DNA of 63,990 nucleotides, counting the filler, from Perkinsus olseni (lineage: Eukaryota), in the NCBI GenBank assembly GCA_013115125.1. It is 3 parts of 3 records of this genome, joined end to end, with 100 filler letters (N's around TTAATTAATTAA, not from the genome) between each part and the next. Parts side by side here need not be neighbours in the genome. Positions count along the whole stretch, not along the records: positions 43,729 to 63,990 come from JABANN010000581.1; 2 more parts are not named here. One strand, 5' to 3'. Below are positions 50,620 through 63,800 of this stretch, one piece after another (the stretch's first letter is position 1; every line of letters starts with the position of its first letter). A model generated the notes under the pieces. The model searched no databases and was not told where the DNA came from. It saw nothing but the letters and a program-made list of their open reading frames with translations. Position numbers and translations under genes: made by a program.

Positions 50620-50899
50620 GGGTCACTAAATGACGCTGATTAATTATATCACGGTCACCTTGTCAAGGTGACCAGAAACAGTCGAACAAAGCCTTGACAG
50701 ACGAGGGCGAATTAGAACGCTCAAACAAGGGCTTGAGTGACACGGGCTTATAAGGGAACTCGAACAATGCCTCGACTGGCACGGCTTAACCAAGACCCCG
50801 GAACGAAACTTTGGCTGACACAGGTTTAAAATTGAGGCACCCGAACAAAGCCATGACTGCCTCGACAACATCGAACATCATGTGTAAAGGTGTAGCATA

Positions 50900-51643
50900 C
50901 TATTTCTTTCTTCCGCTCTTCAGCTTCTTCACAAACCTTTGCGCCTTGCGACCTGGCGACCCGCGGACAATGTCCTTCCATTCTCGATTAGCAGCTGTGA
51001 AGGAAATTTTTTCCTTTTTGGGTTTGTCCTTGAGGTTGATCACTGTCCAGTCTCCATCTTTTTCGACTTCAGGAGGGGGTTCTTCGACATCAACGACCGC
51101 CCAGTCACCTTCGACTGGTTTGTCGGAAATTTTAGCTTCCGGAGGCTCCGGAGTCGGCGCGACTTTCTCGAAGTGATTCTCGACGAAGTTCAGTGGTGGT
51201 TCGGGAGGAATCCACACTGGAGAAATCAATGGCGGCTTCTGCAGAACGAATTTTTGAATGGGAGGGCTTGACTGGGGCTTGGAGCGCTTTCGAAAAATAT
51301 TGGGCGGCAGGTCTCCGTGGCCGTAAACCACTATACCGGGAATATCGGAGAAGTCCATGACGCTTTCGTCCGAGTTCGTACTCTTAGGGCTCTCGTTCGA
51401 CCAGTAACCACTGGAAGCATCGGAGGTAGAAGACATTGGACTGTGGCGATCCCTGGATGGAATGCTGTCGCGAGACCTGAACGGGTTGTCGTCCTTGAAC
51501 TTTTTGTAATGCACTGCGGGCTCGTCTTTCTCGGCCTTGGGCACGCAACCAAAGAGACCACGGAAACAGGAAAGCACGTTGAGGGATTTCCCTTGGACGA
51601 GATAGACGACGAGGGAAGCGGTTGGTATCCGTATGAGACGCAT
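50900..51643 (-). CDS. Hypothetical secreted protein, intronless, Ser/Pro-rich with basic C-terminus
   Basis: N-terminal hydrophobic MRLIRIPTASLVVYLVQG; 247-aa ORF. Confidence 0.65.
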   Translation of the reverse strand: MRLIRIPTASLVVYLVQGKSLNVLSCFRGLFGCVPKAEKDEPAVHYKKFKDDNPFRSRDSIPSRDRHSPMSSTSDASSGYWSNESPKSTNSDESVMDFSDIPGIVVYGHGDLPPNIFRKRSKPQSSPPIQKFVLQKPPLISPVWIPPEPPLNFVENHFEKVAPTPEPPEAKISDKPVEGDWAVVDVEEPPPEVEKDGDWTVINLKDKPKKEKISFTAANREWKDIVRGSPGRKAQRFVKKLKSGRKK

Positions 51644-53311
51644 GGCGGGCAAATCTTAGGTTGAAGCTCGGTGGAAATACTTCGAGACACAATTTATGGC
51701 GAGAGCGAAAATGATCAATCTCGGAGACCCCCAGTGACACCACCGTGACGCCAGGAGGAAAGGAAGCCTCTCTGGTTGAATATACCCCTGAGGAGAGCTT
51801 CTTGACTTTTGTAAGGGAATATCATTTCAATCACCGTGACGCGATCAAATGCACTTTTCTGAGGGAAAAGCATTCCAATTACCGTGACGCAGTGTCGCGA
51901 TGCCTTATTCCGAAACTCAGAACCGTATCTGGGATTGATTCCCCCGCGTAAAACGCTGTCCCAGAATCGACTCTGAGTTCCAACACTGGTCTATTGAAGA
52001 CCTATTGATTAATATTTCGTCAATAGAATCTTATTGTCGTGGTAATATTCATCCTCGAGATCGCCAACAGCGCGACCCTCCTGAGGTTTGTTCGGTTTCC
52101 ATTGAATTTGACGTCGCGCGACGGGCGCGGATAGACGCCTCAGAAGGAAGCGTTCCGATAAACTATTTGATAATCACAGTATACCAGTTCGCGCGTCTAA
52201 CCCTTAATGAGACTATTAACACATACGAGCTACCAGCATCATCGCGTCTGGACGCCATTCCGGTGGAATCCACTTTGAAGCATCCCATCGGAGGAAAAGC
52301 GCTTTGAGCTTTTCCATAGGTGAGACCTTAGTCGGAGAGTTTTCTCCCTGATAGCGCCTGACTCGGGCGCGCGGCTACTGCCCCCTCCCAAACTCGCAGG
52401 TCAGAGGTTTCAATTGACTAGACAGTCGGGTCTGCTGCGACCCGTGACCACTGCCCTACCCTGACGGAACCTCTCTATGGGGTTTCCACATTCGATTTAA
52501 ATTAATGAACTCGTGAATGAACACCCCGAGGGAATCTTTCCGACGAACCAGCTGATGACCGGTAGACTGTAACTCAGCCGGTGCCAAGGTTTGGCGACGA
52601 ACTTATATACAGGAACAGGGCTAATGTGATTCAGTGAAATTGTGGTAGCCTACGGAATCACTCACGTTCACACATTCCACAGATGAAACCGGCTCGTGGT
52701 TTGTATCTTTTCGTCTTAGTTTCGCTCACAATGTCGAATGCTCGTTGACGATTGTTGTGATTCCACCGTTTGCCTCGAGAGCTAACAGGCTGGCTCAGCA
52801 GCTGAGTCGGTGGAGTGCTTCTCAAGGCAATCACATGATATGACCGTATGAGAACCCAACTTTCAACACAACGGTTTGTGATACAGCAACAACGAAGGCT
52901 CAATGGTTGATAGATGCATGATAAACGACAGCAGGAGCAACGGAGTAAAACAAGTGTCAACTTCGAAGTATATTCGAAGCCGACTCGGCCATCTCCATCA
53001 TCTTATCGCTAGACGTCAGCTCAGTTTCCTTTTCAACAGTTCCTCCTCTCGCTTTCCTCACGCTGTGAGTAGTCGGTGCCTGTCCTGTTCCGCTGGCCTG
53101 ATCCCTATGACTGCCTCCGTGGAACCTGAGAACGTGAGGAGGAAGCTCAGAGAACGCGGCGCCGATGAGTTCGGTCACGAATCCAATTGCACCGAAGAAG
53201 CACAGCCAGTGGTCAACCGACCTCTACTGAGTTACAAGAGCGCTCTCAGGGTGGTCTGTTACTGTGACGGTGGGACGCTGTTGAAACTCAGTAGGGATCT
53301 GTTAAACAGCC

Positions 53312-53608
53312 TCACAGTGTTGGCCTGGTCCATGCGTCCATTTCTCTATCCGTAAATGTACGGTAATTCCTGGAGCCCTCGTCCTCGTAACTTGAGGTGA
53401 AGTTATCATAGTGAACCATTTCATACGTCTCATTTACAGGAGCACGTCGCCGCCGGGCCCGACGACCCCTGCAGAACAATCGTGCACACAAGTCGCCGAG
53501 GCAGCAACCGAGACTGGTGTCATCGTTCAGGAGAAGCTCTTGCTCTCGTTGAACCGTTCGGGCCGAGCACAACACCAGTATACAGCAAATGTATGTGTTG
53601 CGGAACAT
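53312..53608 (-). CDS. Hypothetical small secreted protein (may have further 3' exon)
   Basis: Signal-like MFRNTYICCILVLCSA followed by a Cys/basic motif. Confidence 0.5.
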   Translation of the reverse strand: MFRNTYICCILVLCSARTVQREQELLLNDDTSLGCCLGDLCARLFCRGRRARRRRAPVNETYEMVHYDNFTSSYEDEGSRNYRTFTDREMDAWTRPTL

Positions 53609-53769
53609 GGCAGACGGGGATGAGTGAAACTCAACTTTGCTAATTTTCCGGCGTTGATGGAGCGATCGGGTAGTTTGGAACTAAACTCAGTCAAGCGATC
53701 ATGGTTGTAACATCGAACACCGCGGCATGGATACAAACTGTTAAGAACGTCTGACACACTAGAGGCCTT

Positions 53770-54345
53770 TCACCTCGCACTAGGGAATCTAAATCTGACC
53801 GTTTTCTTTTTCTTCTTTTTTCCATCAGAATCAGGAGTTCCTGGCTCGCTATCGGAACTCTGCGGACTGCTGTGAGCAGACCAGGTCGGAGAATCGTCGA
53901 TGACTTCATCTTTTCCCACATCCAAAGGCGTCTGTGCTAGCCCGGTCTGCGAACTCACGAACCCATCTGTAACATCAAAACTTGCCGGTGGTACCTCACC
54001 GTAGCGATTTGGTTCAACTTTCTTTTCTCTTCTTCTGAACATGCGTTTTATGAATTTGCAAATACCGTTGAAGCATCCACCTTTGTGATCACCGAAATCA
54101 TCGTCATCGGCTTCAGAAGCCAAATGCATGACTCTTGATAAATCTTGACTGTCGGTTAGTTCCCCGTAAGTTGCATGTCTCTTGAGAAGACGAGTGCGAT
54201 CTCTCGTCCATCTGTTCGCCTCTTGTTTACTAAGCTGTCGCTTAACTGGCCCGGTCGAAGCCTCAACTGGCTCGGACGAAGCCTCAACTGGCTCGGTCGA
54301 AGCCCAGGCAGTGAGAGCAGCACTGAGGATCAACAAGAACCGCAT
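53770..54345 (-). CDS. Hypothetical secreted protein with 7-aa repeats and C-terminal poly-Lys/KTVRF motif
   Basis: Signal peptide MRFLLILSAALTAWA, 21-bp repeats (EPVEASS/T), intronless 191 aa. Confidence 0.7.
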   Translation of the reverse strand: MRFLLILSAALTAWASTEPVEASSEPVEASTGPVKRQLSKQEANRWTRDRTRLLKRHATYGELTDSQDLSRVMHLASEADDDDFGDHKGGCFNGICKFIKRMFRRREKKVEPNRYGEVPPASFDVTDGFVSSQTGLAQTPLDVGKDEVIDDSPTWSAHSSPQSSDSEPGTPDSDGKKKKKKTVRFRFPSAR

Positions 54346-57300
54346 TTTGAGGAAGGTGTCGGTGGAATGTGAGCGATCGAGCTACCAGAGACATGTGCAT
54401 GAGGGCGAGCGAGTTGGAGCGAGTTGGCTGGCGCTCGGCTCCTGCCGCGTTGCTTGGTCGTGATTCACAGTGCTAAGCGGCAGTCGGAAAAGACGTCAGA
54501 GTCTATTCTCAGCCTTGTGCGGGGGGACTGAGGATTGACTATGCACGCGTGCACATAACAGCATCAAGCGCATTGTTTTCTTAGAAAAGTACCATCATCC
54601 CTTGGGGAAGGCAGGAAGAAGTCCTTGGGTAAGTTTGAAGAGTCCTTAGGAAAGTGTAAAGCGTCCGTGGAAAAAATCCAGAACTTCGCAAGGAAAATGC
54701 CGTGACTGAGCGAGACTTCTTCCTCAGAAAATAATTTCTCCTTAGGATAAGCATTTTAATTCAGCAGCAACTGTGAGCATAGCAAACCAATAATGGTGCC
54801 AGTGGCACCGTGCCACTTCGATAGGTATTCGTGACACAGGCAAGCGGTAATTTTCGTCGTCACACTGGACGATCAGAATCGTTGTTTTTCTGGGAAGGTT
54901 TAACAAATTTCGCTGCCACCCCAAAAATCTTGAATTGAGTAACTTCGGATGCTCCATCCGATCAGCTTCCAGCTCGACACAGGAACGAGGCACAGAGCAC
55001 ATTCTCCAGCTCGCACCTGTTCCCACATTAGCACGCAAATGTGCGTCGTTCAAGATTGATGAGATCTGTAAAATCTTGCAATCTTGGCAAATCTCAATAC
55101 CACGGATTCTACACAAGACTCTTCACCTCACAACTTGTGGGCCCTTCAATGCAAGGAGAACATTCCATTCAAATCGATGACGAATTTGACTGATGAATTT
55201 TGATAGATTTTGACTGACTCCCTTGGATTTTGGGAATTCAATTCCCGGAATTACCCATTAACTTTTTGACCGATACCCGAGTGCACTCACACACGCTTCA
55301 ATTCACCAACGGTCAAATATGCTCGCTTACAGTTGGAATCACTCCCACGTTGCGTTATATGCTGATTTTTGAACCGCAATTCGATGCCCCTTGTTTGTCA
55401 GTTTTTTTCTTTATCCATCTCGAGTACGTCGCCGTCCACCACCCTTCTTTGACATGATGGCGACTGGTCCGCACGGGGAAGCAACAAACGAAGATGGTTA
55501 TCACAGATTCACCACCACCAGGCCCTTCGACTCGCCCATCACATGTGGTACCAATTTACAAGATTCTCTTCAACTTCGCTATTTCTCTGGACGTGAGCAA
55601 CTGAGTGGCCGAGCGTGCTACACGCCTGCCTATCGAGAAAATTTCTGGCAACGACCTAAGCCGGTGTTCCGTCCGCCGGGCCAGCGACCTTCGAACAACA
55701 TTCGTGATCATACCAATAATAGTTATTCACTACGAAACTGTAAGATGGGGAAGACATCTGTTTTCTGTCATTTGGTTGATACTTTTTTAATTGCGATTTC
55801 CTTGAATTTTTGCACAGTTCGTTAGTTAGTTGCTCAGTCGTTGGCATTTCCCAATGAAAATGTGTCTCACTAAGGAATAGGTAAATAGAACTAATAAATA
55901 TTCCGTCTTTGAATTGTGATTTCTTTATTTTCTTGAATTTTTTCAGTGCTCATCATTAGTTGCTCAGGCGTAAGCTTTTCCCAGTGAGGATGTGTCTTAC
56001 TAAGGAATACACCTTTCTATCAGGTACTATGTATAATTGCAATCATGATAACAACTCCATGTACTCTCCTTATTACTATAACACCTTCTACCGCCCCAAC
56101 GATGGTACGGTTAATCATTTCAATGTGAACGCGATGCCGTCTGTATTAAGAAGTTGTAGAGTAGAGGCCTGTCGGAGTCCATTCGCGCCCTACAACGACA
56201 CTATGGTAATACAGGGGAGGATTGATAGTATTAGTATCTTATTCTCTTGCTTATATTTTTTGAATGATATTTTTCAAGTTTTTGTACTTTTTCTTTGTTG
56301 CATTCTCATCAAAGTGTACGGAAATCGCTCGTCCAGTAGTTGTCCACTGGTGTCACCTGTATATTGTGCCCCCTAGGTGATTTCAATTGCACTATCTTTG
56401 TTTTTGTCGTCGCCTCTCCCGTTAGCAGGTATGGTATGCAAGTAGGTATTCGACTGGTATTCCGTTTTGATAGTCGGTACAGTAGTATCGTGTTCGCTTT
56501 TTTTCCTTGGGAGAGTTAGATTGCTTAATGATGATTTAAATCCTGTCATGTCTCGTTAACAGGCATGGAATACAGGTACTGCTTGTCGCGTGTTCTGCTC
56601 CGATAGCCCCACAGTAGTACCATGCTTACGTGAATGGTTCGAGTCGCTGAATCTTGAGTTGACAACTCAGACTTGTATCCTGGCCTTTCTCGTTTACAGG
56701 TATCGGTTCTTCCCCAGCTACACCCGGCGATCATGCCGAACGGCAGTCCGTATGAGACTGCATGTAGGATGAGTTCTGTTTGAGCTGCCGCGAAAATGAT
56801 TGCATTGAATTTTCAGATTCTCATCATTACAATGGCATCAGTCCAGTCGAAGGACCAAGTCATGAGGTAGTAAGAACTGGGGCGAACGGTTATCTCTCGC
56901 GCCCTGCATTCTTCTGTATATCCTGTTGTAGTCGTAACCAGAATGTATCATCCGTGTGCATTTCAGTTGGCGTTCGTCTTGTTGTGATCGTTCTCGAATC
57001 TGATCTAATCTAACTGTTGTGTAAAACTGACGTGACAGCCGGAAGCGCCCTTTGTACTGGGAGACGTGGCCATTATACCATGTACAGCACGATGTATAGG
57101 GAAAGCTTCTATCGGCTGCTTGTCTGAGATTGCATAAGCTCTTTTCACTTAGAAAGTTACACTGTGTCAATTGAGTGTCCGCAGTGACACTACGATCGAG
57201 AGATTGCAGTTGTAAAAAGGGATCGTTCTCTCCGCCATGGGCCTGGATGACCCACCTGCTTTACTTGATGCCGAGTAAAATCCGGAGAGTGTGACTTGCT

Positions 57301-57627
57301 TTTGATTGGTGAGATGGCAAAAGAACGATGAGAGTTTTATTGAAATGACTTTCTCGCCTGTAAAGAGGGAAGAATTGCAAGATGCAAAAATGTGGCCACT
57401 ACTAATGTCGACCTCTATTGTTGTTTACTCTCGTCTTCGTCAGGCTACTCAGGATTCCGGCGTATGGCGCAACACTTATTTGTCTAATCACGTACCAGTT
57501 GCCGCCCCGCTGCACCGAGAAGATACTTTCCTAGACACCCTGCCCGACGAAGTGCGGAAATTCCGATTAAGTCGCGAAGAGGTGGAAAAATTCTAGCGCT
57601 TGATTGTCCTCAAATATCGTTGGTTAG

Positions 57628-59649
57628 GTACAAATATGTGCTATCCCTCCGTCGGGGCCCTCCAACAGTCACGACGGGTATCCTGGATATCTCGGGGGTG
57701 GTACTTTCGGTTACGTTTGCGCTGGCTTTGTTCATGGCGCACGTTGTGCAGTCAAGGTAATGGGGCGAAATATCATCTCTTGCTAGCCTTTTTCGACAGG
57801 GAAAACGCTCGTGACATCGGTTTTTGAGCTTTGAGTTTTTCGTTGAACGGACAGAATCGCGGAAGTTGATGATGTACGTATCACTGATAGCATAGAATGT
57901 GGAAAAGTAAAGAAAATTAAATCGAAATTTGGGAAAATTTAGCGGAAAAATTCATTCAGGAAGAGCGTGAAAATCTTGTTACCTATTTTCGCGAGCATTT
58001 CACAACATTAATTTTTTCGCTTGTAATGCACACTTTTTCCAGTGTCGAGAACGTGGTCTTAGTTCCATCCACGTCCGCATAGATGCCGTGAGTCGACTTG
58101 TAAATTCTCCATGTTTCGGCCACTGACATAATTTTGATACTTTTTTGAGAGCTTCGTTTTTTCAGGTTAGCCGAGGCCTCGGGCGTACCTCAGTTGACGG
58201 GCACGATCCGCAATTTATACGCGAAGTGATGACGCTATCCAAATTGCATTCCAACCATAATATAGTGACCTTGCTGGGGTTCGTCCCGTCGGATGCCACG
58301 TCCGATTCGTGTTTGTTGGTGATGGAGGAAATGGCAACGTCGCTGCAGAGCGTCATTGAAGGGGTCGGCCCTCTACCGGTAATAGGGTTCCCTGAATTGT
58401 ACGGATGGGCCGGTGCAAAGATATAGTTCGATGATTAACTAAGCGCCGTCAAGTTGCGAGGATTGTTACTTGTTGCTTCTTATTACGAATTTGAAAAAGA
58501 TTGGGGAAAATAGATAATTTTGACCTTTTTATGGGAAGCTTTTTTGGGCATTTTCCCTGACCTGATGTTTTTCGCTTCAGCGTGGACAGTTGCCGTTTCA
58601 CATAACCATTGTTCATGCTTCAGATACCATCAACATTAACCCGTATTGGTATCATTCGCGATGTGAGCTCGGCTCTGGAGTTCATGCATGCTCAAGGATA
58701 TGTACATAGAGATATCAAACCCGCGAATGTGATAACGGTTTGGGGATGGCGAATTTGGTTTTACTGGTCGCAATCTTGCAACCTGTGTAATGTAATTTCT
58801 TTCATCCTCCTCTTCCTCGATCGTTCATCCGCTAGTTTGCAATTCTCCGTTTTCGTTTCAAAGATAGTGGATAATTTCGAAATATGATCTCGATTCGATT
58901 ATGAATTTTGGTGGAGAAATTGTCAGAAGGTTGTTGAGAGTGTTCCGCGATTTTTCTGTTACTGCGGGTGAGCAGGAAGTCATAATACAAATATCGAGCA
59001 GTGGAACCGTGTGTGCTACTATCAATTCAACGGGGAAAATCATGAAATCACTGAAAAATATGTGCCTAGCCGTTCCATTTCGTACCACACCAAGTTGCTC
59101 GTGCGTTATCCTGAGGGGTCGGGGTGAGTATTCTGACCTGATCCGGAGAGAGCTGGGTGTGATACAGTATCAGTACACTCGAGTATCACTGATACTGCTA
59201 TGAATAAATCTGATCGCTGTCGTTTTTCTATCTATCCTGCTGGAAGGTGGCTTCAGGTGCTATTATCACACTCATATATAGCCAAGCTTTGTGATTTTGG
59301 TGGGTGTTTTACTCTTGGAGAACTGCAGAATGGAAGTGCTTCGGCGGCATGTGCTACTGTCGAGTAATGATCTGAATTAGTGGTTGCGGTGAAAGTCCCT
59401 GCCTTGGACCTTAGATACGCATGTCCAACTCATCCGTCTTGTCAGCAGTGTAGCTGCGATATTTACTCACTCGGTTTAGTGATGGTCCAAGTTGTACATT
59501 TGGTTGATATTTACACGGCCACGGAAAGACGGAAGTTGGCGCCGCCGCCGAATGCAGCTCTGGCAGATATGATGGAAGTTGCTGGGTCTTGCGTAGGGCC
59601 TGGGTGGTATCTTAGGTCGCCCCTTGCGTGTTGCAAAATTGCGAATTGA
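57628..59649 (+). CDS. Ser/Thr protein kinase domain, multi-exon (N-terminal exons may extend to about 55453); atypical or decaying
   Basis: Exons read YLGGGTFGYV...CAVK | FIREV...HNIVTLLG..LLVME | VHRDIKPAN | VLLSHSYIAKLCDFG...ATVE|YACPT..CDIYSLGLVM. Confidence 0.8.
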
Positions 59650-60839
59650 GCGATCAATAGGCTCGTAGGATATTCCTGGTGAGTGCTTCAGTCTCTGTCA
59701 TGTATAATGGTCACTGGAAATGACATAGCGAGTTGTGGCTCACTTAAAATTTAGTCTTTCCTTCGTACTGCGCAGGGGACGAGCCGCGGTTGGAAATTTA
59801 GTATACGTGCTCAGCGTGCCTACAGTATATTCATTTACTATTGGTTCGTGGACTTTGTCAGGGTGATGCGAACTTGTGGGTTTGAAACTACTGTGTAATG
59901 GAATGCCTGCTATTATCAGATGTCTGCTCTTGATGCATCCCGGCCTACGTCTCACTTCCTGAGAGATCATTTCGCATCTGCCTTCTTGCAACTCACCAAC
60001 ACCTATTCCTCGCCATCCAAGCCGGTCAAGCCTCATCGTGGAAGCGGCCATTCGAGATACTCGAGGGCATCAGTCAGTCAGAACACTGAGGGAAAGCGCA
60101 AGTGCAAACAGAGCACGATGCCTCCTAACGTTAGGAGAGTTCTAGTCCCAAAATCGGGAGTCCCGCTTCGATCGCCCATGCTGCTTGTTGGCAGTTAAAT
60201 ACTAAGATTTTGTATCTTTCTATTGTTTTGCTTGTTGTAGTGAATGCAGACTGGCTTCATCACGAGCCAGCGCTGCCGTTGATTGACTTGCCTTGAGTGG
60301 CGCAATTTCGAGCAGCGAAAGCTGCATTTACTATTGATCATAGAGGTGCCGTTTGACGATACAAATGAAAGCCACTGGCATCGTAATTTGTAACATCTTT
60401 CACGGCGATGGTGTCATTCCGAGAAGAATGCGATAGCGGCAGTCTTCCTATTATTCTCTCTTCTTACAACACAGTTGACATCATTGCTCTTGCTACTGTT
60501 GTTCTACTTTTGAGTACCATCCTTGCTTGTTTGCTGCAGTATAACGATGATACGATGAGACTGTGTGCTCCTTCACTGAAGTGAGGCTTGCGTTTGTATT
60601 GTGCTGATCAATGCTGGCCGGGGGAGCGAAGGTCGAGGAGAAAGGCCCTTCCCTTGTTCTTACACATTTCCGCGACCGTTTCTTGAAGGTCAACTCATTG
60701 GGCAAGTTAAACAAGTGAACGAGTGTCAATGGGTCCGGGGGCTTGCGCCGTAGCGTAGTGTTCTCTGTTACATGGGGACTGAACCTGAACTCGCCCGCCC
60801 AGTGGACGCCCACACCGTTAGTTATGTTGGCTGGGAGGC

Positions 60840-63800
60840 ATGAGCAGAAATGCGAGGTACGATGTACCCCAGTTGTGGTACTTGTCAGAGAACTGGCACA
60901 AATCTGAAATGGTCAAGAAATACTGACCGAACTTCGCTTAGCTCATGCGGAGCGAAACATCCAGTCTACGGGTTAAACCCGTCGGGTTTGCAGCTGCAGT
61001 ATGGTTGACGGGTTTAGGGGTTTCTCGCATGCTGCACACAATGCTTCTTCCTTAACCCTTTCCCGCATCTCGGTTCTCGCTTTTCCGAGCGGGAGTATAG
61101 TATCCTTGAACTGGGCAAGAGTGAAATAGCCGTGTACAGAGTGATGCGTAGTGAGAGGACAGTACCGATACATTTTGTGGCCAGGGATACAGGGGTGACT
61201 AGGGGCTCCCCTTCAACCTGGAATGGGACTCTGCAATTTGTACAGCACCGTGTTCCTTTGGCAATGTGAAGCTCCTCCCTCGTGATCATCTTGCGGACCC
61301 GCAAAGCAACCTCTCCCCATAACTGCTCTCCTCCGGTCGATAGCGGCTCCCGATAGCGGCTTGGCGGGGTTCCGAATGTACAGGTGCCTCGGCTTTGCTG
61401 GCAGCATCAAGTTCCACCGCGTCACAGGCCGGTTCAAACAAGAACTGGGCTTTACTAGCCCCCTCAAAACCTTCAGCTCGTGGGAAGACTGGGCCACCCC
61501 CGCTGATCTCGGCCGCATCCTGATCGCTATCCAGGGTTCTTATAACCTTCATACACCCACTAATACTGGTCTTCCTGATTCGATCTACAGGTAGAACCTG
61601 TCCAGACTTCGACAGATTTTTTTATGCGCCTCAGTATTTCTGAGGAGTTCGAGGTCTGCCCATATCCGAACAGCGCGGCTATTTCGGACCTACAGTTTTC
61701 CACATTAAGCTCCCGGGAAGCCGTCGCTGAACGAGGGTTCGACAGAGGGCTGTGCAGCTTGAAAGTTGATGAGCGAAATTTCGCCGACTATTTCCGCAGA
61801 TACGTTATCTGACCCCGAGCGGCTCGCCCTATTTCTCTCAGATGAGAAGACCTTAGATCGGAGATCGTGCCAACGTCATTCATTGACTCGAGAGCAGAAT
61901 TCAGCAATTGGCTATCAACGATGTCATCCTCATTAGCGCCATCGGGCCAGAAGTCCTCTATCTCGTCAGCGCCCTCGATGCGGATGTCCCTCTCTGAGAG
62001 GGCCCCTCATCGAGAGGTGCTTCAGTAGAACTACTGGACGATGTTTCAGCAGGCTTGTCAGCTACCGGTAGGAGCCATTCAGGTGAAGCCATGCCTTCGG
62101 CGCCCGTTTCTATAACATGCTGGAGAAGCTTTCTCCGGTGTTGTGCGACAGCGTAATCGAGTCGAAATTCGGCATCAGCGAGAATGTGATTCTCGAGCAA
62201 TCCTCCCATGGCAGCATGGAACTTAGCCCACACTTTCAAGTCGGTAAAGGGGCAGGGGTCTTAACCCACCCTCTGCGCGGCTCCGAGCCGCCGGCTCGCC
62301 GATTCCAATTGGCACTGCCAATGTGACGGCTTCCTCATGAACAGTAGCGCTCAACAAATCGGCTCCGAGGAGTGTTTCTTCACATGGCTGGTATAGAGAC
62401 GCGTGGTGACTGCTCCGCTGAATCAGCGGCGCTGATGCACTCCTCAGCTACCTTCGTGTAGATAAGTGCTCCCTCCTCGTCGCTCAAGCACCCGGCCGCC
62501 GCATGACGACGAAATTCCCATGATGCAGAGGTTGGGAGTGTGAACAGTATGTGTTCGCGCTCTGACCTAATTCGGTACTTAATAAGTACTACTTATCAGT
62601 GTGACACTGACACTGGCTCTGACACTGACAGTGTCAGAGCCAGCAACCAGGTTGGAGGCTCCTGCCAGGAGCCACAACTGTTCAGTAGGACACTAGAGTC
62701 GCTTGACTCCATACCCGGTCTGGGTCGAGTCCGCAACCTCTAGTATCCTACCTCCACATCGAGGGAGTGGCGGGCTGGGTCAAACTCGCGTCCGCCATCA
62801 TCACAACCAGTACTTTGTACGGTTGTTTCTCATCTAGCACCATACTAGCTCTAGCTTTGGGTTTCATTGAAGTACTGCGATCTGGATCGCAGGACCGTTG
62901 CGCACAAGTTTCTGTATTGTGCGCCTGGCCTCTGCGTGGTAATTTTGCTCAAGCCTATCCTCCTACGTAGGATTGCTACCAAGATTCTCACACCACTGCT
63001 ACTCGAAGCCCGGGGGCAGGAAGCCTTCGTTAGAGAGCTTGAGCTGCTCATCCAACTTCACATATATTCATAGAAAACCAACAGGCGGTTGCAGAGGGTG
63101 ACCGTATCGGGAATGGTTTCACGGATGTACTTGTTATACTCTCGAGAGAGTAACTCTCTCCTCCCCAAGCGTTCCACCCATCTCCCAGATCCCCGGATTG
63201 CCCTCAGCGCTAGATCCTCGTCTTCCCGGTTCACTACGAAAATATATTGTTGCAGGGTGGAGAAGAAACTTGGCCGGATTGGGTGATAGCCTTGAACGTA
63301 TTGTTCGAGCCTCCTAACCCAATGGAACAAATCTAGCTTAATGGATACATCATCATTTTACCCGGGAGAATAGAGCTTCATACTCTCCAGAACAACAGCC
63401 CTTGTCGACGTACACCGTATTGAGATCGCTTGTTCGGTCTCGGTATTGAGCCCTTAGAGTATCCACCATTGACTCCAAGTCCGAGGCCTTCTCAATATCA
63501 ACCAGAATGTGCGAAATGAGCATGCCGCTCTCGTTCGTGGCGCTTATGTGAACGCGGGGTATCCCGGTAGTGCTACTGTGGATGTACTTCGCATCGATTC
63601 GCAGAACCTGGCCACAATCTGGTTTCTGTTGCTGCACCAAGCACCCCTTTACGTATGCTCGCCTATTTTCCGAGATCTCCACAAAACGCTCCCGAATTTG
63701 AGACACGCTGAATAATACACTCTGGTAGAATGCGTCAAAACTTAACCATGGCTTCAACTGGACCCCCTGCGGCCTCCCCACAACGGATCGCCGCCAAACA

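Noticed and set aside
53998-54018. ACCGTAGCGATTTGGTTCAAC resembles the dinoflagellate/perkinsid spliced leader
   Set aside because: It has several mismatches, lacks the terminal AAG and lies antisense inside a coding region (VEPNRYG). Probably chance.
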